DNA of 64,000 nt from Carcharhinus amblyrhynchos. Its lineage: Eukaryota. This document shows positions 40,986 to 54,302 of this stretch, piece by piece. Within the stretch, counting starts at the first letter, position 1. Each line of letters opens with the position of its first letter. A program made the translations under genes and the position numbers. The stretch spans positions 40,486,001 to 40,550,000 of the forward strand of contig OZ336894.1 of NCBI GenBank assembly GCA_965287045.1, in the 5' to 3' direction. Under the pieces are notes generated by a model. That model was given only the letters and a program-made list of their open reading frames with translations, was not told the origin of the DNA and searched no databases.

Positions 40986-41939
40986 TGAAAAGGTGATGGA
41001 AGCAATTTTTGACTTTTAAGGCAGATAGATTCTTGATTGTCAATGAGATGAAAGGTTATCGGGGATAGGCAGGTGGTTGGGTTGAGTTTACAATCGGATC
41101 AGCCATTATCTAGCAACTGCCGTCTTGTTTTGCTTACAGAATAAAAGGCTTTTATTTTTCTTACTTCAGTCTTAATCCAAAATATTAAACATACTTAGTT
41201 ACTTTGACTATTAAAACCATTTTATCCAACTCTCTTTTAGACTATTTAATTTTTTAATGTAGATGATTATTAGGACAGGGGGGTGTCCTCCTAACGAGAG
41301 AATCAGAATTCAAAATTACTTTCAAGATGGAAGTGAGTAAATAATTGAAAAATGAAAATTTTACAAGATACTTTAGCATGGAATGAGAGCGACTGAAACA
41401 TGGTAAGCTATATGGACCCCTTCTATAGTGAAAAATTTGATAATGCAAAACGCAGCAAGGCTGTATCAAACATCTGCCTATCAAATTAGTTTCTTTTGTT
41501 TGAAGCATGTTGTGTTTTACTCTGAAACAGAAATTTCCTTAGTACTGTACTGAGGATTATTGACCATTTGGACTTTACAGTCAGATCTGAAATCTTGATG
41601 CACCTCCTGTGTTATGCTCGTCTAAAAAGATGTGTTAAGAAGCTTGGATTTAGCAGTAATGCCCTTCAATAGTCAACTAGTACTCAGTAAGTTGTCAGTT
41701 TGAGGATAAAGTACTCGAATACCTCATGGTGCATTGATGCATCAAGATTTGGTTTTGTAGTTGATGAAAATCTTTTTTGTAATGATAAAATATAAAACAA
41801 GGTTTCTTGTCACTGCTTTATTTACTGATAAATATATCCAGCAATCCAGTGTAAAGATCAAATATGAATATTTATGAATGAATATTAATTAAACCAAATC
41901 AAAATATCAGTTCTGAAAAATGCCTTTTTTTCTCTCCAG

Positions 41940-41996
41940 AAAGATCAAGCACACCAACAAATGGAAATAGCAGCAAGACCTGAACATCTTGAACAG
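41940..41996 (+). CDS. Coding exon (KDQAHQQMEIAARPEHLEQ)
   Basis: TTTTTTTCTCTCCAG acceptor, CAG|GTAAAA donor, 57 nt, phase 0-0. Confidence 0.8.
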
Positions 41997-42274
41997 GTAA
42001 AAGAAACACAATGATGGAATGTTGTTCAACCTGTTGCTTTTATTTCATTGTGGTTTTAAATAAATGTTATTGTAGGTTATTCATTTTCTGTGGAACCACC
42101 CAGCAAGTTGCATGTCAGGGAAAAGTCTCCAGTTACCTGAGAATATGCAAACTCCACACGGTCATCTGAGGCCAGAATTGAACCCAGGCTCTTGGTGCTG
42201 AGGCAGCAGTGCTAACCACTGTGCTAACATGGTATTTTAACAATTTTATTTCAAGGGTGAGACGAGCAGAAGAC

Positions 42275-43350
42275 TGAAAGATAGAGAATTCCAAAGGTTC
42301 ACCACCCTCTGAGTGAAGAAATGCCTCCTCATTTCAGTATAAAATGGCCCACTTATTCTAAGACTGGTTCTAGACCCTACCCCAGCCGGGGGGAACATCC
42401 TTCCCGCATCAGCCCTGGTCAATCTCTGACAGCATTTTGTGCACCTTAATGAGATCACCCCTCTTCGAAATTCCAGAGAATATAGGTCCAGTCTCTTCAA
42501 TCTCTCCTTATAGGACAACCTGCCATCCCCAGAATTAGTCCGATGAATCTTCATTGCATTCCCTCTATGACAAGTACACCGTCCTTTGGATGAAGAGATC
42601 AAAACTGTACACATTACCCCAGCTGGGGGTCTCACCAAGGCTCTATATAAATGCAGGAATACATCTTCATGTTTTCAAATCTTTTTGCAATAAAGGCCAA
42701 CCTACCATTTGCCTTCCTAATTGCCTGCTGCACCTGTGTGCTAGCATCCAGTGACTTATGAACAAGAACATCCAAGTCCCTTTGCTCATCAACACTCCTC
42801 AATCTTTCCACATGGAAGAAATACTCTGGATTTTTGTTTTTCTTACCAAAGTGGATAAGTTAATGAGCGTGATTTTCCACGGAGCCCCCTATGCGTGTTT
42901 CACAGAGACGACCCACATTTTGCCAACAGCAGGATCCCCTGATGCAGCCATTGTCAACAGAGTTTCCTGATTACAACCTTTCTTGGAAAACCTGCAGCAG
43001 GAGTGTGCTGTCAAAGGATCCAGAAGATCACACCAATGTGAACAGCCATAAAATTCCAGCCAAAATATTTCCACATATTTCATCTACCATGTCCTTGCCC
43101 ACTCACTTAATCTGTCTAAATCCTTTGAAGCTTCTTTGCATTCTTCTCACAACTCACACTCCTATCTGGTTTAGTGCCATTAACTGAATTGGAAATATTG
43201 GCCACGATTCTCCCAAAAAAAATCTATATGCTGATTTTTGTGGGAAAACTGGTGTAATTTCATGATCCTTTTTTCAGTCAATTGGGAGAATTGCTCCCAT
43301 TATGTTTGATCCCACATCCAAATCATTGATATAGATTATGAATAGCTGGG
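42275..43350 (-). mobile_element. CR1 LINE fragment (with internal insert ~42865-43070)
   Basis: LSYKERLKRLDLYSLEFRR..MRRHFFTQRVVNLWNSL. Confidence 0.8.
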
Positions 43351-44069
43351 ACCTAGCTAATAGTAGCTACATTGTGCAATTAAGAGTGACAGGTTATGCA
43401 TTCATTATATGTACTATGTCTGCCAGTTGACATTAAAACATAAAACCAGAAAGCCAATTAGTAAATATTAGAGAATGTGAGCAGATGCAGTTTTTCAGTG
43501 TACTTTGACATTGGTATCAATGCAATTGGCAATATGGTCCAGCCATTTGATAATGTATGATGAATCTGAGGCATTGCCAGCAAAACACGTTAAGCTGATA
43601 TAGCAGCAGTAGTATGGCCTTGTTTCATGGGAAAAGTGCAGCCAACTGTAAAGGGAAATCAAAATAAACACAGATGGCTGGAGGATGATAGAAATCCATA
43701 AATCGGACAGTTGAATTTTTTTACAAGGCACTGCACACTGAACTTCTTACAGATTAAAGACCAGGTGTAAGAGGACTTCATCGATTTCTGCTTTCTGGGA
43801 AGCCTCAATAACTTAAAATAAAAGCTATGTGTGTACATTGGGGCTGCATGCACAACTGCAGAGTCAGGAATCCCATCCCAGGTGAAATTGACATAACAAC
43901 TCCCTGTAAGAGGACTTCAAAGGGGTCTGATCTCACCTGTAACCTCTTAAAATCACTGCTGTTTAATGGAGCTCTGCAGTGTTTTTGCCTGGGGGAGTGG
44001 GAGTGGCATGGAGATTAAAGCGACCTGGCCACGTCAGAACTTGCACAGCTGACAGGCAGGGATGCAAAA

Positions 44070-44320
44070 ATTGCTGCCTCGTAGGCCAGGGACCCGGGTT
44101 TAACTCCTAGCTTGGGTCAATGTCTGTGTGGAGTCTGCACATTCTCCCCCTATCTGTGTGGGTTTCCTCTGGGTGCTTTGGTTTCCTACCACAATCTGAA
44201 AGATGTGCTAGTTAGGTGCATTGACCTGAACAGGTGCCAGAGTGGTGACTAGAGGAATTTCACAGTAACTTCATTGCATGTTAATGTCAGCCTTACTTGT
44301 GACTAATAAATAAACTTAAA
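44070..44320 (+). mobile_element. V-SINE
   Basis: CCAGGGACCCGGGTTTAACTCC, V domain TGTGTGGAGTCTGCACATTCTCCCC, tail CTAATAAATAAACTT. Confidence 0.8.
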
Positions 44321-44362
44321 AATAAAGTTTAAATTGATCACAGGACTACCTAAAATCTACAT

Positions 44363-44600
44363 GACATGGAGATGCCGGCATTGGACTGGGATAAACACAG
44401 TAAGCAGTCTCTCAACACCAGATTAAAGTCCAACGGGTTTATTTGGTAGCAAAAACTATGAGCTTTCAAATCACTGCTTCATCAGGTGAGTGGGATTTCA
44501 GTTCACAAATAGAGCACATAAAGGTACAAACTCAACTTACAAAATAATATGTCATTATAAGTTGTTACTTTGTAAATTGAGTTTGTCTTTATATGCCCTC
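44363..44600 (-). mobile_element. Penelope-type terminal repeat with degenerate hammerhead core and inverted end
   Basis: Minus strand CTGATGA(44485-44479)...GAAA(44467-44464)GCT; homologous to 62109-62199; inverted repeat ~44510-44548 / ~44563-44599. Confidence 0.65.
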
Positions 44601-45859
44601 CCCACTCAGCCCTCCCCCTTGCTTCAGACCCTCCCCCCTGCCCCACATGTCAGACCCCCCACTCAACTCTGCCCTCCTCCCCACATCAGACCCCCCACTC
44701 TGCCCTCTTTTCCACATCAGACTGCTCCCTTCCCCCACTCAGCCTTTTAGACCACATGCCTTGGCAGTGCCGATAGCGTATTACCCCTGGCATTGACACC
44801 CTCACCTGGCGCCTTGGGACTCGAGGAGGTAAGCCTTATGGCTATTTGCACCACTGCTGCTGCCAAACTGTTAAGAAAGGATCCTTCAAGGGTCATGGGG
44901 GTTGGTGACTTCAGCTCGGGAGAAGGGATTGATCATGTCACTTTCCGCCACAATGGGGGTGTTGTGGCTGCACTGCCCCTTCTAGCCTTGGTAGGTCTGA
45001 AGATCACCCCTGGCATATAGATTTTGTGTCTTAAACTAAGACAATTCAAAACGCGCAAGGCGAAGTCTCTGCAAAAAGATGTAACAAATTTATTAAACAT
45101 AAGACATGAAAAACAATACAATAGAAACGTATAGTAGACAGGAATGTCATGGAGGGTTGAACAGCTCAGTGGAAAGAACTGCAGAACCTCTCCGGAAGAA
45201 CTGAGTTATGGATTCGTACAGATCATTTATATTTTTTCATAATTGATCATTCCGCCTTCCATTAGCTGCAGATCAATTCCATTTAACAGTTCTACATCAA
45301 TACAAATCTCTGTCAAATACTTTGGCCGGTTGTAAGATGCACAATAGCATGGCGCTATCTCATTCGCCCAGCTGATTCTGGACGTATGCTGCCTTCTTGG
45401 CACTAACTCATTCCCTGTTGCTAGGTAATGACAGATGGTACCACAAGGTCCACATGGATATTCCCACTGGCTTGCTGAATAGACGTGTTCCTGTGTCCAG
45501 GTTTCATATCGATTCTATATCTGGGCAATGATATAACTTCTTAATGTTGCATAATGCCACCTGATGAGACTTGCTGACTAACTTGTTCCCAGATCTTTGG
45601 TTTTAAACTATTGACTCTGACCGCCATGCCTTTCGGTATCTTTGCTTGACCAAAGCATTCATTTACGTTGAAATACATTTAAAATATCAGCATATATGTT
45701 TTAAAATCATATTTTGCTTGTTTCGATTCCCTTACAGAATACACACGTGTAAGCTGTTTGTGTTAGCTTGCCCAATAATCGTTCAACTTTTTATTGATTC
45801 CTTGTCCTCTGAAAGACTGCATTCTGCCTATAAATTTTATTAGCTAGTTAGAAATCCCC

Positions 45860-46260
45860 TTCCATGCTTGCCAAAGAGGGAGAAATGGGGGAATGAAATA
45901 AAGTGCTTTGAGGAAGCAAAATATGGAAAAGTGTAGTAAAGGTAACAGTTGGGGTCAGTGGGTTTCTGGTGCATATTGGATGATAGCCAGTTCTCTGAAA
46001 TGAAGGCAGGAGGAGAAGGAAAGAGTTGCTGATGGATCATGTGAAAACTAGGAAAGGGTGAAAATTGTAAGGAAGTTGATTTAAATTTGGCAAATTTGAC
46101 ATAATAAGAGTAGGAAGCAGCACCATCATAATTGTCCTGGAAAAAGAGATAAGGATGGATTAGAAGTAAAAAAAAGTCTTCTAGCTGTACTGGAACAGCT
46201 TAACTAGGGGTGCAGCAAATTTTGGAGCACGAGCCTTCAATACTATTCCCGGAATGTTAT
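45860..46260 (-). mobile_element. Penelope RT fragment
   Basis: HQKPTDPNCYLYYT resembles the Penelope YKPTDxxxYLxYxSxHP motif. Confidence 0.55.
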
Positions 46261-46263
46261 TAG

Positions 46264-46578
46264 AGCGGCATGGTGACACAGTGGTTAGCATTGCTGCCTC
46301 ACAGCGCCAGGGACCTGGGTTCAATTCCTAGCTTCGGTCACTGCCTGTGCAGAGTCTGCATGTTCTCCCTGTGCTTCCATTGGTTTCTTCCGGGTACTCT
46401 GGTTTCCTCCCATTTTCTGAAAGATGTGCTGGTTAGATGCATAGACCATGCTAAATTCACCTTCAGTTTACCCAAACAGGTGTTAGGAGTGTGGCAACTA
46501 GGGGATTTTCACAGTCACTTCTTTGTAGTGTTACTGTAGGCCTAGTTGTGACTCTAATAAACTTTAAACTTAAACTAA
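46264..46578 (+). mobile_element. Full-length V-SINE
   Basis: GCGGCATGGTGACACAGTGGTTAGCATTGCTGCCTCACAGCGCCAGGGACCTGGGTTCAATTCC head, V domain, (TAAACT)n tail. Confidence 0.85.
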
Positions 46579-46982
46579 AAGGGACTGTAGCCTTTTCAGT
46601 ATCAAGTGTCTTCACCCATTTCTTTATATCACTGAGTGAATTGAATTTGCTGAAGACTAGCATCTGTGATGCTGGAAACATCAGGAGCAGTTCTGCAAGT
46701 TTAAAGGGACATTGGTTAGAGCAATTGAGATGGCCCATGTCACACTTGGAGTTCTCAGTGGAAGAATCTAGAGAAATTAAGAAACCAGGAGATGACCATT
46801 GTTTCACAAGCATTCCAGTTGCTAAAATGATTTATTTTTCAGGACTTTTACAAAGTTTGATGTGTAGCACATGAACAAAAATATTAAAAGATTTAACTAT
46901 TGGATTCCGGTTCCATTTTAAATCAAACTGGATTTTTGTCTGATTCTGAAAAGGAAATTACAGATTTTCTTCTCTATTGCAG

Positions 46983-47033
46983 ATTGGAAACATGGAGACA
47001 TTTGATTATCCTTTCACTAAATCTAAAAGGAAG
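46983..47033 (+). CDS. Coding exon (IGNMETFDYPFTKSKRK)
   Basis: TTTTCTTCTCTATTGCAG acceptor, AAG|GTAACA donor, 51 nt, phase 0-0. Confidence 0.8.
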
Positions 47034-47601
47034 GTAACAATCAGTGCTTGGTGTCACCTAAATAATGCTTCACTTCGCTCTTATCCATCTTTGTCAGGAC
47101 TTTGACCCTTCACCTAGGTTTCTTGAATTAAAATAGAATGTTAACTGATGAGGAACAAGGGCCGGAATTTTCTGACTTCACGCCAACAGGATTTTCCCAT
47201 TCTACTGTAGTGAACAGATATTTTCTGCAGCCAAGTTCGCCGCAGCAGAAGTGCGGTGTAAACGGGTGGTAAGATTGTGCCCATGGTGTCTAGGTTGTGT
47301 GTGAATTTATCTAAATATCTGATTTTAATGTGGGTAGGGAGATTCAGTATTTTGAATACAGGATCCTGATATATTTACATTATTTCCTGTAAGTACATCA
47401 CCCTTTGCATTAGGTACAGATACCTTTTTAATAATTGTGTACATTGCATTAAACTTGAATTATTTACTGCCCTACACTGTTTGTCCATCATACCTAAATG
47501 TAGCCCAGATCTATCTTTTGAATTTAACTGTAAACCCATAGCATGCAAACATATAAAATGAGAATCTGCTCAGTCTTAACCAGTGTTTTTTATTTATATA
47601 G

Positions 47602-47652
47602 TCTGGCTGTACAGAAGAAGAAATGAAACTTGTGGTGAAGGATAAAGCTGAG
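47602..47652 (+). CDS. Coding exon (SGCTEEEMKLVVKDKAE)
   Basis: TTTTTTATTTATATAG acceptor, GAG|GTAAGT donor, 51 nt, phase 0-0. Confidence 0.8.
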
Positions 47653-47924
47653 GTAAGTATCCTGTACATTTTTTAACTTAAGGGAGAAGAGACAAATATA
47701 CAAGATTATAGCAGTTATTTAGGTAAACATGTTAGCAACCAGGATGTGATTGGATCAGTAATCCAAATGCACTTATTCCAGAACTGTGCCTTAATTTAAG
47801 GGTACAGTGCAGTGGTGAAGACCACAAGAAACAATTGCACCATACCCTTAAAGGGACATTTTCATTGTTCTTTTGATCTGTCTGTGCGCTCTGTAAATAA
47901 AAAGTATTTCAATATATAACTTTT

Positions 47925-48700
47925 AGCTCATTCTCAGGCTACGGGGGTCACTGCAAAGGTTGACATTTATTGCCCATCAATAGCTGTCCTCGAGGAGATG
48001 CATGGTGGTGAGCCACTGTGTTGAACCACTACTGTGAATTGGGAAGGTTCTTGGGTTGTTAGACAGGGAATTTCAGGGTTTTGACCAAGTGCTGACAAAG
48101 CAATAATAATGCATGTCCAAGTTAGAATGGTCTGTGACCTGGAGGTGTTTGTGTTCCCGTGCACCTGCTTACTCCTTCCTCCAGGTAATGGGAGTTACTA
48201 GATTGGGAGGTGCTGTCAAAGGAACTTTGAGTTGCTGCAAGGCTTCTTGTAAATAGTACACGCTGCAGCCACGATGTGGAAGTGGTACAGGAGTGACTGT
48301 TAAAGATGATGGATGGGTGCCGATCAAATGCATTACTTTGTTCTGGATGATGTCAAGTATCTTGAGTGATTGTTGGAGCTGAATCCTCCAAGCAAATGGA
48401 GAGTATTCCATCGCACATCTGAACTGTGATATGTTGGGGAGATGAGCCATTCGCCACAGAACACCAGCCTTTGACCCTCTGGAATAGCCATGGCATTTAT
48501 GGATGAAATTTTACAGCCCCTCTCATCTGCAGAATTTTCCAGTCCAGTGAAGTCAGTGGACTTTAAAATGGCTTGCTGCATTTTACAACTCTTGCCCCTC
48601 TGTGACCGGACTGTAAACTTCCAACCTATGAGTTCAGTTTCTGGTTAATAGCATTTCCCAGGATATTGATGATAGGGTAATTGTGAATAGTAATGAATAT
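47925..48700 (-). mobile_element. Non-LTR retrotransposon 3' portion (family of 18445-19735)
   Basis: MEYSPFAW..LKILDIIQNKVMHLIG and tail GATGGGCAATAAATG. Confidence 0.7.
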
Positions 48701-49555
48701 GTCAAAATAAGATTAACTTTATTTGTTCCAAAGGAGCACAGTAGATTTTGTTTTAAAAATGACCAGTCAATTCATTGTTACAGGGAGCATTAATCCACAA
48801 AATAGGTGGATTGAACCTTTCTGTTTCTCTATTTAAATTTGTAGTAAATTACTGACTTAATGTACTATTAATGGCATGATGCAAGTTGTAATGATGTATT
48901 GACGACACAGATACAAGAAAAAATCCATATTTAGTATGGGGAGTATGTTTATTATGTTTTCTGATTTTGAGTGTGATTGGAAGTGGTTTTCTTGATGTTT
49001 AATTGTTCTTCCACTATTAAAGATATCTACCAGGTGGGAAGAGATCTTACTCTGAGTCTATTTTCCCCTTTAATTCTTTGTTCCTAGTGTCATGAAAAGT
49101 GGCTCTCCTGCCATTTTAATCAGTTTGTAAGAGGCCCTGAAGAAAAAAGCACTCGCCCAATGATATTCCTTCACTGCCATCCTGTAGCTAATTCACTGAG
49201 AACAAGACTTACAGAGCAGGAGGTCAGACCAGTGCCATTACTCTGGTGTATGATGCCATGTTTCTGGAGCACAAACTGCCGCAATTGATGCTTTTAGGTG
49301 ATCACAACTTCCAGCTATTCTCAGAACTCTGCTCACAGTTCTAGCCCGGTTGCTTCTTATCTTTCACTTAATTTCAAATTCCAGAAGGAGCAACTAGGTA
49401 CATGTAATTCCCATGAGACATTTTTTCAACATGTTTTTGTATGCAGGATTTGACTATGCTTATATATCTAGGTCTTATGCAGTTTAAAATCCTTTCTACA
49501 CTGCCAAATGTTAAAAAGAAAGATTTTGAACTGTGATTTTTTTTTTTACATACAG

Positions 49556-49603
49556 ACTGACAACAAAAATAAGCAATCTAAGTTTTCTCTGGAACGCTAT
49601 CAG
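49556..49603 (+). CDS. Coding exon (TDNKNKQSKFSLERYQ)
   Basis: T-tract + ACATACAG acceptor, CAG|GTAAAT donor, 48 nt, phase 0-0. Confidence 0.8.
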
Positions 49604-50059
49604 GTAAATTCTACACCTTGGGGTCTTACTACAAATGTGTTATAACCTGAGAATTCAGTTAACCAACAAAGCTATATGGAACTGTTAATTGTATGATATT
49701 TTGGACCCTTGAAGAATTATTAGTTCCAGCAAAAGGCAGGCTTACTACACCAGTGTCTTTAATTTTGTTAACTCCATGATGAAGATGAGAAATGCAGACT
49801 AGTACAGATGCTGTAGTAAAGCTAACCGGATGTCAGGGTAACCTTATGAAAAGCAGACTAATTCGATTGCTATTGTAGTAAAGCTATTCAGATATCAGAG
49901 TAGCTTTACTTCTATAAGGTTTATTTTTGTTCTGAAAACCACCTGGCTTGCTTAAGTAGACTTGTAACTAGAAGGGAAGAAAAGGCCACAATAACAATAA
50001 TACACACAAACTTACCAATATAGTTTCAAAAATTAACAAATTGAGCTAGCATAAATTGC

Positions 50060-51620
50060 TGATGGCAGAAGAGGGTTTCAAACTTCTGCCACACCTTGCA
50101 TGTAAAAGTATTTCCTCATTTCGCTCCTGAAAGGTCTTCCTGTAATTTTTAGACAACTCAATCCCTACTTTCTACTCTTTTGACTCCTAAACCAGTGAAA
50201 ATAGTTTCTATCTACCCTAACTTCCCCCTTAAGGTCTTGAAAGCTTTGATCAAATTAACCTTCTAAATTCCAGGAGTACAATTATATTTGTTCAAGTAAT
50301 TTAACCTTTGGGGTCCAAGTATCATGCTAGTAAATCCACGCTGCACTCCCTCCACTTAAATACTTGGGCCCTAAAGTTTGTTTTTATATCTCCACTATTT
50401 TGAACATGCATTTATTGCTTCCATTTTAGATCTAAAACGGATGATATTACATTTGCCTACATTGAAATCCATTTGCCAAATTTTTGTCTACTCATTTAAT
50501 GTCAGTATTTCTTCATGGATGAAGGTATAACATTACAATGATGATAATGCCATCTACACTGGTAAATTTGGATAAGATTTTCTGTTCCATCATTGGTTTT
50601 TAATGAATACAGTGAATAGTTGGGACCCCAGCACTTGTGGGGTCTTACTAATCACATTTTGCTAATTAGAGTACCTGCCCATTATCTTTGTTTCCTGCCA
50701 TACAACCAATTTCTTAATCAGGACAATAATTTGTCTTCAGTTACACGAGCTTCAGGTTTAGCTAAAAGCTGTTTCCTGGGAATTTATCAAATGCTTTCTG
50801 GATATCCATATTATCCCAATCTATATGCATAGACATTCCTCTGCCCACTTATTTAGTTGCCTCTGCCCTACCCTTTATAAATATATCCTGGTACACTCTG
50901 ATCACCTTTAAGATTTTCAAGCTATTCAAACACCCATCTTTAATTATGGACTCTAGTAATTTGTTAACAACTGATGTTGAATAATTGGTCTGCAATTCTC
51001 TGGCTTTCCTCCCTCCTCAGAAAGGAATTGACACGCAGTTTTCCATTCTAAATGAACCATTCCTGAATCTGGAGAAATTTGAAAGATTATATTTAAGATA
51101 TCTGCAATGTTTTCACCTACTGTCTTTAATTCTCTGGGGTGGAAACTATCTATCTGATCCTGGGGATTTATTACTCTTTTTAATACTTTTTTTTCTTTCA
51201 TTACTATTCTTTTGCTTGCTTTTATTTGAGTGAGTCCCTAATTCATAAAGTTTTCCTGGGATGTCCATGCGCTCACCTTTTTCCTGTGCGATTAATAGTA
51301 ACACAAAATAATTGCTTAGCATATGTGTTTCTATATCTTTGTTGATAATACCATTATTGTTTATTTTTAAGAGGTTCATAAGACTTGATTCAGATATCCT
51401 TCATAGCTTTATTTTCACATTCCTTTTCGTAACTCAATCTGTTGTGTTACCTGTGTTGCTCTGTCTTTTTTCCCCCACACACCATGATCTGTGCATTATA
51501 TAATTTTGTTTTCAGTTCTCTCTTACCTCTTCAGTTGTCCATGACTGTCTCTATTTTGGCAAGTAGCTCTCTTGCACCTCTAGGAGCATAAATGGTTTCT
51601 ATACCACGATCTGCACTGTT
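50060..51620 (-). mobile_element. Old CR1 remnant
   Basis: FHPRELK..IADILNIIFQISPDSGMVHLEWKTA..KPENCRPI. Confidence 0.7.
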
Positions 51621-52345
51621 TAATCCTCAAATCATTCACTTTGCGTAAGAGTGGCTGTCAAGGCACTCCTTTATATGCATACCATAGGGGAAGAGAAGCT
51701 GCAGGCTTTGGTGTGCTCAGGGGAATGGTCATGAACATTTATGGGATAACTTGCACAGAATGTGGAAGCAAGATTTATGGAGCACAGAGTTCAGAGGAGA
51801 AAGGGTATGGAAGCTGAGAAAGGAGATTGAAATTCCCACTTAGTTCAGATGCTGAGAGTTATCTTGAGATAAGCCTTAGGAAGCTGGAAGATTTTGAAGG
51901 AAAGGGACAGGAAACATGATCTTGAAATAGCAAAGTGAGTATCTAGAAGTGTGGTTGTGTCAGAAAGCAATTAGACTATTTTTAATATGCCAAATTGAGT
52001 TTTCATTTGCAGTGTCAGTAGTCTGATTCCTGAACTGTCCCAGCATGCTTACATATGTGAACTTGTGACTTGTATCAACTCGATGGATCATGTTGATAAA
52101 GGTATCCTACTGTGCAATAAAGTGCAGTAAATGCTTGCAGTTCCACAGAATTGGGTTCTTTGTCACAGGCAGATGCAGCACTCTGTCACATATCAAAACT
52201 AAGGATAGCATAGAGCTTGTTCACTTGCTTTTTCTTTGCCCCTAAGCCTCTACACATCACAGATTACAGATTTCTTACAGTAATGGAAAGAAATGATCTT
52301 ACAGTATATTGAATTTTTCAGATAACATTGTGAACTCTCATTTAG

Positions 52346-52419
52346 GGACTGGATGTGGAGCTTAAATATTCAGAGGAGCTGTTTGATGAGATTGATGATG
52401 ATGAGGAGAGTGCTGAATT
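52346..52419 (+). CDS. Coding exon (GLDVELKYSEELFDEIDDDEESAEL)
   Basis: CTCTCATTTAG acceptor, TT|GTAAGT donor, 74 nt, phase 0-2, acidic tract. Confidence 0.75.
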
Positions 52420-52864
52420 GTAAGTACTGGAATTGAATGTACAAGTGAACATGCATAACTCCATAGCATCACTCATCTACCATGCAAGGAAATGTTCAAC
52501 CATTGAGACATAATGGAACAATACCATCTAATGTCCTTGCCAATATCCTTCGAAGAACTCAGGCTTGTCAGTGATTCAAAAAAAATTGTTGGGGAAGGAA
52601 AAAGAGGAAGAAAACCAGCACAGACCACATTGTGGTATTTGAAATGGTTCAGTAATTAAATGGTAGCTTGTGGGAAGATGCATGTTGATCTCTCCTTTTG
52701 AGAATGGTTCTTCTGTTCCAACATTCTGGGATGTTTGGCTGATCTGTTTGTACTTCCAGCTTTTGGGAGATCATTTTGAGGAGTCTTTGAAAATGGGTGT
52801 TGTATGCTTGGTGTTAACATATTGTAGGTGTAGCATTCTCCTGTTCACTGTTGTTTCTCTTTAG

Positions 52865-52925
52865 GGAGACACAAACAATATTATGTCTACCATTCTTGTG
52901 TTGGAAAAGGAAAAATAAACAATAA
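52865..52925 (+). CDS. Last coding segment (ETQTILCLPFLCWKRKNKQ-stop); exon continues to donor at 52938
   Basis: TGTTTCTCTTTAG acceptor; in phase with the preceding exon TAA falls at 52923-52925; GAG|GTGAGT 13 nt later. Confidence 0.65.
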
Positions 52926-54302
52926 GGAGGAAGAGGAGGTGAGTTAAAGGCAATAATTTATTCTTGTAAAGTTGTCTTTAAAATATCTTCAACTAAAAAA
53001 TTGTTTTTGATATATGGGTTTATAGAACAAATCTGTTTCAAGGGTATGGGGATTGAAGGTTAAGGTATAGCACCTTTTTTTTTCATGAGCTGTTGATCAT
53101 GAGTTCTCAAGGATTCGAGAACACTGATGAGAAGTGGGCTGTAGTGAACAAGGAAGGACAAGTTCTCTGAGTATATCCTTGTTTCTGCTCGCTGGTGAAA
53201 GCAACGGATGAAAGTCTTGGAGCAGATTTTCTGACCCCCTCAGCTGTGAATTGGGATTTTGGTATTTAATTTGAATGGAATGAAATGAAAAGAACATAAT
53301 TTGCATACAGTGGGGGGGAAAAAAAGAGATGGTTTTCTTTGTTGTCTTAGCATGTTAGATATAAAATCAATCATAAACACCACATAGCAAAAGGTTCTAA
53401 GTGCATATAGCACTGACCTTGAACTCACTAGCATTCTACAATCTAGACACATCATTCTGAAGTTGAGTTTAATCTCTTGTCACTGAAACTTAAACAGGGT
53501 CATTCTACAAATGTAGACATTTGTTGCATTCCTTTACTGTTTCAACTTCAAACTCCGACGTAAAGCTTTTTATTTATGCATATTAGGGAGATTTTTTAGT
53601 GAAAGATTGGAAAAACATGTTTATTTTATTAATATTTAATGGAACAAAGCTGTCATTAAATGGACAGCCATCTCAGTTCTCTATATCTGTTCCCGAGACC
53701 TTGCATTCTGGACCTCCTTGCACGTGAGTGCAGCAAAATTAGGAAAACAGTACAAGTTTCTTTAGTTCAGTACCTACTGGTAAAAATAATGTAGTTTATA
53801 ATCATACTGTACTATTTTTCAGTAATGCGATGGTCTCTGCTCTAGTTTTAACATGTGGCAGGACTCAGAGCCTATATTTTCTCTCTTTCATTGCATTATA
53901 TTAGTATAGTTCTCATAACAGTAGGACTGTATGACTATATTCAGTGCTTTTTGCTAAGATGTACAAATTATTTAAATCTATTTTGGTCCCTCCCATCTGT
54001 TATAGTGTCATCCCTAAGAAAAGGTGATTGGAAGCATGCATTACGCAATGAAGAGTGAAGTGATGTTAACATGTCCAATGCCATATAGAGCCAGTACACC
54101 CAATATAACTTCTCAGATCAGTCCTGTTCCAGGCACTAACTTCACCAGTTATCAGATGCTGCATTGGATCTTGATCTGTTTATTTTTTAAGGAATCAAGA
54201 TTTGAATAAGGGTTGAGAATTTTTGTGTATCTCTCAACCAGTAAAGGCTGAAATTGAGCTGCTTATCTACTACAAATTCAGAGCTTTGTTTTTGTTTTCC
54301 AG

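Noticed and set aside
52865-52938. Alternative open frame RHKQYYVYHSCVGKGKINNKEEEE continuing to KGTSCFGR at 54303
   Set aside because: Requires a phase-1 upstream donor that I could not find; cannot be excluded without cDNA
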